Of a stretch of DNA of 64,000 nt, positions 27,253-40,353 are shown piece after piece. The stretch spans positions 260,090,001 to 260,154,000 of the forward strand of contig OZ024740.1 in the NCBI GenBank assembly GCA_964016885.1, in the 5' to 3' direction. A program made the position numbers and the translations under genes. This stretch comes from Eledone cirrhosa (lineage: Eukaryota). Below the pieces are notes generated by a model. That model was given only the letters and a program-made list of their open reading frames with translations. It was not told the DNA's origin and made no database searches. Each line of letters begins with the position of its first letter. The stretch's first letter is position 1.

Positions 27253-27352
27253 ATATATATATATGTATATATTTATATGTATGTATACATATATATATAT
27301 GTATATATGTATATGTATGTATACATATATATATATGTATATGTATGTATAC

Positions 27353-27414
<62 letters not shown>

Positions 27415-27415
<1 letters not shown>

Positions 27416-27680
27416 AATATCTTTAAGTCGTTTGGAAGCCTCGACAATGCAAATGGGTAAATCTCCGGGTAAGAAGGTCCGGTGGTGGAGAGAGAGATGT
27501 AAGTGGGTGTACGTTGAGATGCGTGTTGTGTATAAGATGTGTGAGATGTGTAGAATGAAGGGAAGAGTATAAAGGATAAAAATAAAAATAACAACACAAG
27601 AGAGAGTTACCTTGGGAGAGATTTAATAGTCCCTATATATTTCGGATTCACCTCCATCAACTGGGTTTTTTTTCTGGGGT
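27415..27680 (-). mobile_element. Probable PLE terminal fragment
   Basis: Island in (TA)n carrying only a hammerhead 3' half (ATCC-GAAA-TATATA-GGGAC on the minus strand). Confidence 0.45.
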
Positions 27681-27715
27681 GTATATATGTATATGTATGT
27701 ATACATATATATATT

Positions 27716-27764
<49 letters not shown>

Positions 27765-27965
27765 ATATATGTATATATGTATATATATGTATATATGTAT
27801 ATATGTATATGTATGTATACATATATATATGTATATATACATATATATGTATATATGTATATGTATGTATACATATATATGTATGTATACATATATATGT
27901 GTATATGTATGTATACATATATATATATATGTATGTATATATATATATGCATATATATATATGTA

Positions 27966-28692
27966 TAGGCTACGTTGGTACGGTCACGTGATGCGCATGA
28001 AAGACGACAGCTGTATAACAAAGTGCAGGGCAATAAAGATAGACGGTAGCCACGGAGTAGGCAGACCCAGAAAAACATGGGACGAGCTGATAAATTCCGA
28101 CCTCACACGCTTACACCTCTCCAAGACAATGTCACTGGACCGAGACCTTTGGCGGTACTCAGTAATAGAGAAGACCCGCCTTACCTAAATACAAAGTAAA
28201 AACCTACTACAGTCAGTAGGCATCTCTATCAAAACACACCCACGTCCCACCACCCCCACCCCATCCACACCGCCCCCTTCTATGTAAAGTTATGTTGGTC
28301 CCACAACATCCAGGCCGAAACAAATGAGATCGTGTAGGTGTCACGACAAAAAAACACACAGTCCACGCTGTAAATGTGGCCGTGTAGGCAACACGGTAAA
28401 AACCTCCCAGCCCCACACTGTAAATGTGGTTGGTGTTAGGAAGGGCATCCAGCTGTAGAAAACCCGCCAGACAGTCCACGCTGTAATGTGGCCGTGTAGG
28501 CAACACGGTAAAAACCTCCCAGCCCCACACTGTAAATGTGGTTGGTGTTAGGAAGGGCATCCAACTGTAGAAAACCCACCAGACAGTCCTATGCGAGCAA
28601 GACAACCACTCTTGCCTCAAGTGGGAAAACCCCCGTCCAAACCCATGCAAGCGTGGAACACGGACGCTAAACCTGATGATGATGATGATGAT
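27966..28692 (+). mobile_element. RTE family A 3' fragment with a ~112-bp tandem duplication in the UTR
   Basis: [14 protein letters not shown]...EKTRLT*; ACAGTCCACGCTGTAA...GTAGAAAACCC occurs twice. Confidence 0.92.
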
Positions 28693-28771
28693 GTATGTAT
28701 ACATATATATATATATATGTATGTATATATATATATGCATATATATATATGTATATGTATGTATATATATA

Positions 28772-28804
<33 letters not shown>

Positions 28805-28806
<2 letters not shown>

Positions 28807-29568
28807 TATTATACTTGGGGAGGGTCATATTTGTGTAATAATATTGCCAGAATTAATAACAGAACACACTCACCGTTTGGTTGGTTTTTGTTTCTGTATC
28901 TTTTATATCAGTTAATTTAATTTATTTATAACAACGGTAAAAAATACAGATATAATATAGACACAAACACATATAAATAGTCTACAAAGTTCTTTCGTTG
29001 CAATCTGCAGCATCGTCAGTGGTGCTATTATGTTTCCTCCTGTTGTATTGTATGTCTACGCCTTCTTTATTTAATCTGTTTATTTATTTATTTATTTATT
29101 TATTTTTGTCTTCTTCTCTGCGCATGCGTTTGCGTGTGTGTATAGTGTTTGGTGCGTGTTCGTGTTTTGGTTATTGTATTCTATCTTACTAGTGTGTGTT
29201 TATATGTGTTTGTTGTTATTGTGCTTGTGTATGTATGTATTTATTTATTTATTTATATTTCTCTTAGGTCAGTATTGTTTGTTTGGGTGTTGTTGTTATT
29301 CCAATCATTTTTTCTGTTTAGCCTTGGTCTATTTCACTGGTCTCTCTGATTTGCCTATCTGCTGGGTCATTTCTATGTTTAGATATTATTCTAATTTCTA
29401 TGTTGTCTATGTTACCGTTGTGTTGTTGTCTGCATGTTCGTATTGTACTGAACCGTTTTTTCATCCTTTTAGTTCCCCCCAGTGTTGGTCTATCCTTTCA
29501 CCTATGCTACGAGCTGTCTCGCCTATGTATGTTGTTGTCATGTTTCTGCAAGTACCCTCTGTACATCT

Positions 29569-29570
<2 letters not shown>
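28805..29570 (-). mobile_element. Decayed PLE 3' fragment related to 13993-16070
   Basis: Minus strand IRCTEGTCRN...YIGETARSIGER; minimal hammerhead CTGACGA-T-GCTGCA[GAT]TGCAAC-GAAA-GAACTT at 28985-29021. Confidence 0.8.
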
Positions 29571-29653
<83 letters not shown>

Positions 29654-29654
29654 G

Positions 29655-29932
29655 TACATTATGAAGAGAGAAGAAACATTTAGATATAATTAGTAACAAA
29701 ATGTATCATACCTAAACTGCTCCTAGATTCCTCGACTACGTAGTTTCGTGGCATAAACAAAAACAATACGTCATAAAGATATAGAGTCCTTGCGAGGTCT
29801 GCCGACTTATCAAGAGGATACCTCATTTTACTAGCCTCAAGAACGCGTCTACACGACGTGAGAAATAATCCCAAAGGCGGAGGGGGAGATAGTCACGCGA
29901 TATAACGGTCGAGAAACAGAGCTAAGTCTCTT
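29655..29932 (-). mobile_element. Partial copy of the hammerhead-bearing unit at 40354-41175
   Basis: Near-identical reverse complement of ~40733-41009; hammerhead at 29729-29818. Confidence 0.9.
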
Positions 29933-29939
29933 ATATATG

Positions 29940-29974
<35 letters not shown>

Positions 29975-30166
29975 GTATGTATATATATATGTATATATAT
30001 ATATATGTATGTATATATATGTATATATATGTATGTATATATATATGTATATATATATATGTATATATATATATGTATGTATATATATATGTATTATATA
30101 TATGTATATATATATATGTATATATATATGTATATATATGTATATATATATATGTATATATATATG

Positions 30167-30213
<47 letters not shown>

Positions 30214-30410
30214 GTCTATATATGTATATATATATATGTATATATGTATATATATATGTATATATATATATATGTACATATATATATATATATGTGTGTA
30301 TGTATATATATATATGTATGTATATATATATATGTATATATGTATATATATATATATGTATGTATATATATATATATGTATGTATATATGTATGTATATA
30401 TATATGTTTG

Positions 30411-31060
30411 TGTCAGGTCACCACTTGGTGCTACTGGTAACATGTATCCCAGTACAACCTGTCTCATGGTCGGGTCGTTGGCGACTAAACTGGCAACCCC
30501 ACCAGGTTTCTTGGTGAGGAGGGTGATTTTGGACATCCTGCAGGACTAAAAACAAAACCTGTCAAAGGGCTAAGGAGCTCTAAGAGTCAATGGCCATCCA
30601 AAATCACCGGGAGAGATGACCCCTTAGCCTTTGTCAAGGCAGAATTCTAGGAGAAGGAAAACTCTGATATAACACCTGCAACCCTGATGGCATCCAATGA
30701 TGTTGACTTGTTCTTCTTTTTGGTAAATATCATCTTGGTTAAGAGAGTGGGACTGGCTTTGTGCAGTGCCTTTGCTCACTATAAAGCTTCACGGCACAGG
30801 CATTGCTTTATATCTGGAGATCTCTCTGCACTTTTCCTCCAGGCATTGCTTTATATCTGGAGATCTCTCTGCACTTTTCCTCACATGGTACCATGGGCCC
30901 AGCACTATGTGTCAATAATTGTCAAAAGTGTAGTGTTTGTACCAGAGTTTTTCAAGTCGCTGGCTGGACTAAAAAGTCACACTCGTTCAGCGCATTGGTA
31001 GGAGTTCTCCTACATGGATATGAAGTAGTGGCTGTACTCGAAAACGAGTTGGCAGCCACC
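30411..31060 (+). mobile_element. Non-autonomous bipartite RTE derivative, copy 2
   Basis: Same termini as 26645-27252; 43-bp tandem duplication at 30797-30882. Confidence 0.75.
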
Positions 31061-31267
31061 ATATATATATGTATGTTATATATATATATGTATGTATATA
31101 TATATATGTATGTATATGTATATATATATATGTATATATATATATATCGTATATATATATATGTATATATATATGTATATATAATATGTATATATATATA
31201 TGTATATATATATATGTATATATATATATGTATCTATATATATATATGTATATATATATATGTATGT

Positions 31268-31303
<36 letters not shown>

Positions 31304-31768
31304 GTATATATATATGTATGTATATGTATATATGTATGTATGTATATGTATATATGTATGTATGTATATGTATATATGTATATATATATATGTATATATA
31401 TATATGTATGTATATGTATATATATATGTATGTATGTATATATATATATGTATGCATGTATATATATATGTATGTATGTATATATATATGTATGTATATA
31501 TATATGTATGTATGTATATATATATGTATATATATATATGTATGTATGTATATATATATATGTATATATATTTATGTATGTATGTATATATATATATGTA
31601 TGTATGTATGTATATATATATATGTATGTATGTATGTATGTATATATATATGTATATATATGTATGTATGTATATATATATGTATATATATATATGTATG
31701 TATGTATGTATATATATATGTATATGTATGTATATATATATATATGTATATATATATATGTATGTATG

Positions 31769-31803
<35 letters not shown>

Positions 31804-31977
31804 GTATATGTATATATGTATATGTATATATGTATATGTATATATGTATATAAATATATGTATATGTATATATATATGTATATAAATATATGTATATGTA
31901 TATATATATGTATATATGAATATAAATATATGTATATGTATATATATATGTATATGTATATATATATGTATATGTAT

Positions 31978-32906
31978 CATCATCATCATCAACGTTTAAC
32001 GTCCGTGTTCCACGCTTGCATGGGTTTGGACGGGGGTTTTCCCACTTGAGGCAAGAGTGATTGTCTTGCTCTACAGTTGGATGCCCTTCCTAACACCAAC
32101 CACATTTACAGTGTGGGTCTGGGAGGTTTTTACCGTGTTGCCTACACGGCCACATTACAGCGTGGACTGTGTGTTTTTTTTTGTCGTGACACCTACACGA
32201 TCTCATTTTTTCGGCCTGGATGGTGTGGCACCAACATAACTTTACATAGAAGGGGGCGGTGTGGATGGGGTGGGGGTGGTGGGACGAGGGCGTATTTTGT
32301 TAGAGATGCCTACTGACTGTAGTAGGTTTTACTTTGTATTTAGGTAAGGCGGGTCTTCTCTATTACTGAGTACCGCCAAAGGTCTCGGTCCAGTGACATT
32401 GTCTTGGTGAGGTGTAAGTGTGTGAGGTCGGAGTTTATCAGCTCGTCCCAGGTTTTTCTGGGTCTGCCTATTCCGTGGCTACCGTCTATCTTTATTGCCC
32501 TGCACTTTGTTATACAGCTATCGTCCTTCATGCGCATCACGTGACCATACCAACGTAACCTTCTCTCTAGTAAACAACATCTGATCCCTCTTATTTCTAA
32601 TTTTTTCCTTAGTTCGTTTATGCTTTGTCGTTCACGTATATTACTATTACACATCCAGCGGAGCATGCAAGCTTCGTTTCTCTCTAGTCTGCGTATATCC
32701 TCTGCACACAATGCCCAGGTCTCACTGCCATGCAACATTGCTGTTCGTATGCAGGCATCGTACAGCCTGCCTTTCATTTTTAGGGAGAACCCTTTAGCGG
32801 CTAATAGTGGTATAAGCTCTCTGAACTTTTTCCACCCAGTTCTGACTCTAGCTACTGTACTTTCGGAGCACCCTCCCCCACTGCTGATTTTGTCACCCAG
32901 GTAACG
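31978..32906 (-). mobile_element. RTE family A 3' fragment
   Basis: [11 protein letters not shown]...EKTRLT*, UTR, (TGA)n. Confidence 0.93.
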
Positions 32907-33106
32907 TATATGTATATATATATGTATATGTATATATATATGTATATATGTATGTATATCTATATGTATATGTATATGTATATATATATGTATATATGTA
33001 TGTATATATATATGTATATATGTATGTATATATATATGTATATATGTATATATATATGTGTATATATGTATGTATATATATATGTATATATGTATATATA
33101 TATGTG

Positions 33107-33137
<31 letters not shown>

Positions 33138-33225
33138 ATGTATATATATATATTTCTATATGTATATGTATATATATATATATTTATATATATATATGTA
33201 TATGTATATATATTTGTATATATAT

Positions 33226-33283
<58 letters not shown>

Positions 33284-33508
33284 ATGTATATGTATATATA
33301 TATATTTGTATATATATATATATGTATATGTATATATATATATTTGTATATATATATATTTGTATATATATATATATGTATATGTATATATATATATTTG
33401 TATATATATATATATGTATATGTATATATATATATTTGTATATATATATATTTGTATATATATATATATATATGTGTATATGTATATATATATATTTGTA
33501 TATATATG

Positions 33509-33554
<46 letters not shown>

Positions 33555-33679
33555 TGTATATATGTATATATGAAGGTATATATATATATGTATATATGTA
33601 TATATATATATATGTATATATATATGTATATATATATATATATGTATATATATATGTATATATATATATATATGTATAT

Positions 33680-34060
33680 ATGACACACGACCGTGACTTC
33701 TGGCGTCACGCAGTAATACAGGGTACCCGACCTCCCATGGGTACATGCTGAAGCATATAAACAATATGCCCCCCCCCCCCCACCGCAAGGTGGTCGTGGA
33801 GGTGCCACGGCAAAAAAGCACCCAGCCCACACTGTAAAGTGGACGTGTAGGCGCCACGAAAAAGCACCCAGCACTCACTGTAAATGAGGTTGGTGTTAGG
33901 AAGGGCATCCAGCTGTAGAAATCAAGCCAGATCAGTTCCTGTATGAGCAAGGCATGGTCAGCCGACCAGACACTGCCCACAACAGGACAACCCGTCTAAC
34001 CCATGCTAGCGTGGAAGAACGGACGTAAAACGGTGATGATGATGATGATGATGATGATGA
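33680..34060 (+). mobile_element. RTE family B 3' end
   Basis: [12 protein letters not shown]..., UTR matching 4548-4900, (TGA)n tail. Confidence 0.9.
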
Positions 34061-34137
34061 ATGTATATATGTATATATGAATGTATATATATATATGTAT
34101 ATATATATGTATATATGTATATATATATGTATATATG

Positions 34138-34168
<31 letters not shown>

Positions 34169-34940
34169 GTATATATATATATGTATGTAATATATATATA
34201 TATATATGTATATATATATGTATTTATATATATGTATATATATGTATATATATATATATATGTATGTTTATATATATGTATATATATATGTATATATATA
34301 TATGTATATATATGTATGTATATATATGTATATATATATATGTATATATATCTATCTATATATATGTATATATATGTATGTATATATATGTATATATATA
34401 TATGTATATATATATATCTATATATATGTATATATATATATCTATATATATGTATATATATGTATGTATATATATATATGTATATATCTATATATATGTA
34501 TATATATATATGTATATATATATATCTATATATATGTATATATATATATGTATGTATATATATATATGTATATATATATATCTATATATATGTATATATA
34601 TATATGTATATATGTATGTATATATATATATATGTATATATGTATGTATATATATATATGTATATATGTATGTATATATATATATGTATATATGTATGTA
34701 TATATGTATGTATATATATATATGTATATATGTATGTATATATATATATGTATATATGTATGTATATATATATATGTATATATGTATGTATATATATATA
34801 TGTATATATGTATGTATATATATATATATGTATATATGTATGTATGTATATATATATATATATATATGTATGTATACATATATATGTATATATGTATGTA
34901 TATATATATATATGTATGTATATATATATATATATATATC

Positions 34941-34971
<31 letters not shown>

Positions 34972-34984
34972 GTATATATATATA

Positions 34985-36308
34985 GAGTATTTACATATCG
35001 AGAGAGAGAAAAAAAGGAAGGATAGGTGATACATGTAGTTATTTGCCAAATAGTGTATGCTGAAGGTGCTCAATACTAGTGCCGGCAGTATTAAATATTA
35101 GAAGTGTTAATATTTAGTGGGCGAGAGAGTTTGCAGAGCGTAAGTATGTGGAAAAGTAAGAAATCGGAGAACAGACCGTTAATACATGTTTATTTAAAAC
35201 AGCACCTACGTACGTGGCCCGGAAAGTGTTTTTGGGGGTAAGTTCACGTCATAGTTCATTCTTCGCAAAAAAAGCATGTTTTAATTTTGCAGTAGGTCAA
35301 GGAAGGTTACTCTGGCCGGTGTTAGGGCAGTCTTTCCCGGACAAATTTTTTATCCGTTACAAGATGTGGTTACAACTTTACCATTGTCGATGCGCACAGG
35401 GTCAGGTAATCAATGCTCATTTTGAGACGTTTGTATCTTGCACCTGTCCACATTTGAAGCTGGGTCTGGGATGCATGGTTAGTTTCCTGGATGTTTTTTG
35501 CAGCGCCTGCCTGCCGTGGTGTTAAAGCTTGTTGCAGGGAGACCCGGTACACGGTTTCACTCCTCATCCTTATCCCATCTCAAGAAGGATATTTTTAAGC
35601 GATGTGTACAGCTTATCGTCATTTCAGCTCTGTTGTTGATGAACTCATGGGGTGCAGTTATGATGTGGTAGAGCTCCATGAGGCAAAGATCGCACTTCCT
35701 CTTGAAGTTGTATGGTGCAGCCCTGCCGACAATATCCCAGTGCATGGAGAAGCTGATGCTTAAGTCTTTTAATGATGTGATGTAGTCGGCAAGCGAAGTG
35801 GAGTGTCTTAATTTCTTATTTGTGAAAGAGTGGAGATGTGTTCGAAATCTAATTTTTAACGGGCCAGAGGTAGCCCCTATATAATGTTTAACGCTATTGT
35901 GGCTAGTTACAGTGCACCTATATATAACCCTAGAAGTCAAGCAGTATCCTCTAAGGGGGCAGCGTCCCCTGTCGCAGCAGTTGCAATTTCTGTCGTGGTT
36001 CCTTCTAATTCCCATGGTAAGGCTATCATTATTGCTATCTACATTGTTATCTACGCTCCCGCACCTGTCGTTAGCACCATTATAACCCACTGTGCGCGGG
36101 GTTGTACAATTATTATTCCGCACGTCATGTCCTGTATGTTCCCCAGTCATGTCGCGGTTATGCTGGTTGTGTCTGTAGAGACTGTTGCCAGCACTATTGG
36201 ATGCTGTTAGGGAGTCGTTAAGGCTGATATAGTTATTGTCAGGTGTAGGTGCATCTGTGCTAAGGTGCTGTGTCTTGGTGATCTTACTGTGGTTCGTTGT
36301 TCCTATGA
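34985..36308 (-). mobile_element. Hydra-clade-like PLE 3' fragment (GIY-YIG endonuclease, ORF 35557-36150)
   Basis: CNCCDRGRCPLRGYC...VIY...HYIGAT...STSLADYI...CDLCLME...NNRAE...CTH. Confidence 0.85.
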
Positions 36309-36309
36309 T

Positions 36310-37848
36310 GTCTGCGCATCACGTGACCACACCAACATAGTCTTCTCTCGAGTAAACGGCATCTGATCCCTCTTATTCCTAATTTCTCACATAGTTCATT
36401 TATGCTTTGCTGTTCACGTATATTACTATTACACATCCAGCGGAGCTTGCATGCTTCGTTCCTCTCCAGTCTGTACAGATTCTCTGTACACAATGCCCAT
36501 GTCTCACTGCCATGTAACATAGCTGTTGGTATGCAGGCATCATACAGTCTGCCTTTCATTTTTAGAGAGAATCCTTTAGCGGCCAATAGTGGTATAAGCT
36601 CTCTGAACTTTTTCCATCCCGTTCTGACTCTGGCTACTGTACTTTCTGAGCACCCTCCACCACTGCTAATTTTGTCACCCAGGTGTCCACTATTTCTATA
36701 GAGCCATCTGGGCAATAGAAGGAGCTAGTATCCTGTGGGCGCTTGCTACTTATTGCACCTGAGCACCGCCCACATATAAAATCTACGTTCTTAGATAGCT
36801 TACCTGTGATCCCACTACATCTTTTATGCACTTTGCATTTGGGACATAAAATGGAATTTCTGCCTACTCCTTTCCTACACACTGAGCATGGCCATTTCCT
36901 AGAGGGGACCTGTGCCCTATTTTCCTTCCTACATACTAGAACTTTAGTCTTAGACAAGTTAATTTTAAGGCCTTTTGATTCTAGGCCATGCTTCCATGTT
37001 TGGTTCTTCTCTAGTTCAGCCATTGATTCAACTATGAGCGTTAGACCATCTGCGTGTAGGAGTTCCCATGGGCAGCCGGTCTTGAACTCCTCTGTTAAAG
37101 CCTGAAGGGCAATAATAAATAGGAGGGGGTTAAGGACAGACCCTGATGAACACCAACTTTTACACTAAATTCTTCACTATATTCGTTGTTAATTCTAACC
37201 TTGCTGACTGTTTCCTTATACATGACTCTCACAAGCCATTCATCAACCCCTTGTTTTCTAAGAGCCCACCAGATAATGGCGTGGGGCACTCTGTCAAATT
37301 CTTTCTGTGAGTCAACAAAAGCTAAGTATAGGGGTTTACTTTTAGCTAGGTACTTCTCCTGTAGTTGTCGTACAAGGAAAAGGGCGTCGGTGGTACTTTT
37401 ACTTGACACAAACCTAAGCTGCATTTCGTCTAGATCAATTCTCTCTCTGATTAGTTGCGCTATAACTTTTTCTGTGACCTTCATGACCTGGTCAATTAAT
37501 TTAATGCCTCTATAGTTTCCTCTATATAGTGCATCTCCTTTATCCTTGTAGCAGTTAATGATGATGCTGCTACGCCAGTCATTTGGTATGACCCCATTCT
37601 GTATGACTTGGTTTACTATCTGGGTGACCATAATGTGTCCCACCGTTCCAGATGCTTTCAGTATTTCAGCTCTATCTCCGAAGGCCCAACTGCCTTTCCT
37701 GTCTTCATATCTTTGATTGCCTTACTTATACTACCTTCAACTTGCACTGCTGGTCCCTCTATTGGATCGATGTGGGGCAGACTGTCCTTGTCCCATTTAT
37801 TCTCCTCATTTAGTAGCCTCTCGTAGTGACACTTCCAAGCTACCTTCT
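36310..37848 (-). pseudogene. RTE family A RT, frameshifted
   Basis: Homologous to ~22160-23730, including the PHD insert. Confidence 0.92.
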
Positions 37849-37882
37849 TATATATATGTATATATATAGGTATATATATATG

Positions 37883-37938
<56 letters not shown>

Positions 37939-38075
37939 CACAGAGATATCCACGGTAAGTTGTGGGGTCTAGTCTGCATGAAAAACTCAATGTAATCCAT
38001 ACGTTAAAAATGTTATAGGTTAAAATATATCCCGGAAAACAATAAAACATTAAAAGGAAAACAGAATCATGATAT

Positions 38076-38357
38076 AAGTTAAAACAATGAAATAAAAATT
38101 CAAGTCATTAGAAATATACTTCACTGCTTTACGATCGTTTCTAGGTGATGATAATATATCACCAGCTGTTGTCAAAAGCAATGACAACAGCTGGTGATAT
38201 ACATGTAAGTAAATATTTTTCTTATCTGATATTTTGTAACTAACCTTACATAGATCGATAACGAAGTATGGTTACGATGTATTATCATCACCTAGAAACG
38301 ATCCTAAAGCAGTGAAGTATATTTCTAATGACTTGAAATTTTATTTCATTGTTTTAA

Positions 38358-38361
<4 letters not shown>
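38076..38361. repeat. Nested inverted repeats (~80-bp arms plus a 20-bp hairpin)
   Basis: ~38076-38156 mirrored at ~38280-38361; TATATCACCAGCTGTTGTCA[AAAGCAA]TGACAACAGCTGGTGATATA. Confidence 0.85.
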
Positions 38362-38400
<39 letters not shown>

Positions 38401-38458
38401 ATAATAATAAATTTGAAGACGAAAACTTAAATCTGTTATTTTAATAAATATATATATA

Positions 38459-39607
38459 CTAGCAGCTGAGCCCGATTGCACACGGGGCCCCTTTTTATTA
38501 AGTTAATAATTTGAAAAATATTATTGAAAATTTATTATAAAGAAGCAGTTTCAGGAAAAAAAAATAGAAATATGCACTTGGGGCTGGACGGCGTACAATG
38601 AGAAGTGGAGCGACGTGAAAAGCGTTGTTTATTAACATCGAAATAGCAATGTCGATGATATGCAATTTGAAAAATACTACTTACTGTTACTGGTGGTTAA
38701 CATGTATTAGAATAAAAATAAAAATACGCGTCCCTTCTTCGCAATTTAAGGGTTTGGCGATACTTGGTTTTAGTGTCCTAAATTATCATCATCGACATTC
38801 AATTATTAGCTCCACCCACTACACGATACGTCACGATATGTCATCAGCTGCTGCTGCGGCTTGATTTTTACATGTTCATTTTCTTACATGCTTCATTTTT
38901 ACACAAAAAAACATTGAATTTTTAGAATAAATATTTATTAAAATATTAACAGAGAAAATTAGATTTTTGATTTATTTTTTTGAACAAAATAAATATTTAT
39001 TTACAGTTTTTCACAGAAAAGCTATGCTTCATTTTTACATGAATATTTATTTACAGTTTTTAACAGAAAAAAAATTGCTGCGAAATACATTTTTTTAAAA
39101 ACAGATTTACAGCTTTTAACAACAGAAAAAAAATTTCTTTAAACAATATATTGTTGCGATATACAGTTTAAACTTTTTTCGAAACATTTACTTTCGTGGC
39201 GTATCGTGTAGTGGGTGGAGCTAATAATTGAATGTCGATGATGATAATTTAGGACACTAAAACCAAGTATCGCCAAGGGTTTTATTTCTTTTGATGGAAA
39301 ACAGTGACCGTACTGCAGAATCGATTTCATAAAATGGTACTGTATGATCGTTAAATGTAGAAGGATGATGAAATTGTAAATAAGACAAAAGTATTAGAAC
39401 AGGGGGAAATAACTCACCGAACGCGATAGTTTTGGGGCCCCAGGGACCACATTTTTCAAGTTAGAGATTTGAAACCTCGTCTATTTGCTTCCTTGGCACT
39501 TTTTACATGGGTGTGTAAATTTTCATGTCAGTCCGACCACGTCTACTACCATTTAACCGTGCACATTTGAATTTCAACCACCGCCCATTTCACAAATATA
39601 TATTAGA
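38459..39607 (-). mobile_element. Non-autonomous Helitron
   Basis: Minus strand A|TCTAATATATAT ... hairpin CCCG[TGTGCAAT]CGGG, 8 nt, CTAG|T. Confidence 0.8.
38756..39274. mobile_element. MITE, Merlin-like, nested in the Helitron
   Basis: 81-bp TIRs starting GGCGATACTTGG (38756-38836 / 39194-39274); exact 8-bp TSD AAGGGTTT. Confidence 0.85.
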
Positions 39608-40014
39608 TATATATATATATATTTACTCTTGGAGCAACAGATATGAACTTTCCCGATATAAGGTATGACTCTCTTTGTTTATTTTTTATATGAATATTGA
39701 TTGTTTGTTCTTGTATCTCATTCTGTTATTTTGCCCGATAAAATATCTATATCTGTCATTTGGTGGTGCGCACATATGAATATTTTTTCATATCCAATTG
39801 AGTTCTTAGCACGTAGCTTGAATTCTTGTCAGAGTTCAACGACCTGCGCATGTATTGTTTTTGGCGGTGGCCTCCTTCCTCCCATGTTCGGGACAGTGTG
39901 AGATTTTCTTTAGAACTGCTGGACTAACATCCTAGCAGCTCCCTCAAACACTGATGGTGATCATCGCTTAATATTGATGTTGATTTGGTTATCAATATTA
40001 ATATTATTGGGTTA

Positions 40015-40137
40015 CCCACTGAAGATTTATAAGTGCCCACTTGAATAAGTATCTGTTGATCTTATACAAGCTTCTACATAACTTGGTATATTTTCACCCA
40101 ACTTGTAGAAATCTTATAACGAAACGAGTCGTCTGGG
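40015..40137 (+). ncRNA. Type I hammerhead with a long helix-II insert, in a non-coding island (~39625-40305)
   Basis: CCCA-CTGAAGA-T-TTATAAG[~80 nt]CTTATAA-C-GAAA-CGAGTC-GTC-TGGG. Confidence 0.75.
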
Positions 40138-40302
40138 AAATGTTATATTTGATATATTTCATATGAAATAATACAGCCAATTATCCACACAATACAATAT
40201 AGTTAGCACCCCAAACGTTTAATTGGGAATATACTTAGGTATTTCCCAATGTCTGTTGAGTGAGTTGGAATTTGGCCGGAGTATCGCTATTAGCTTTCTC
40301 CG

Positions 40303-40349
<47 letters not shown>

Positions 40350-40353
40350 TATA

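Noticed and set aside
35200-35225. ACGTACGTA hammerhead-like 3' half at a PLE end
   Set aside because: GAAA and the 5' core are missing; at most a relic.
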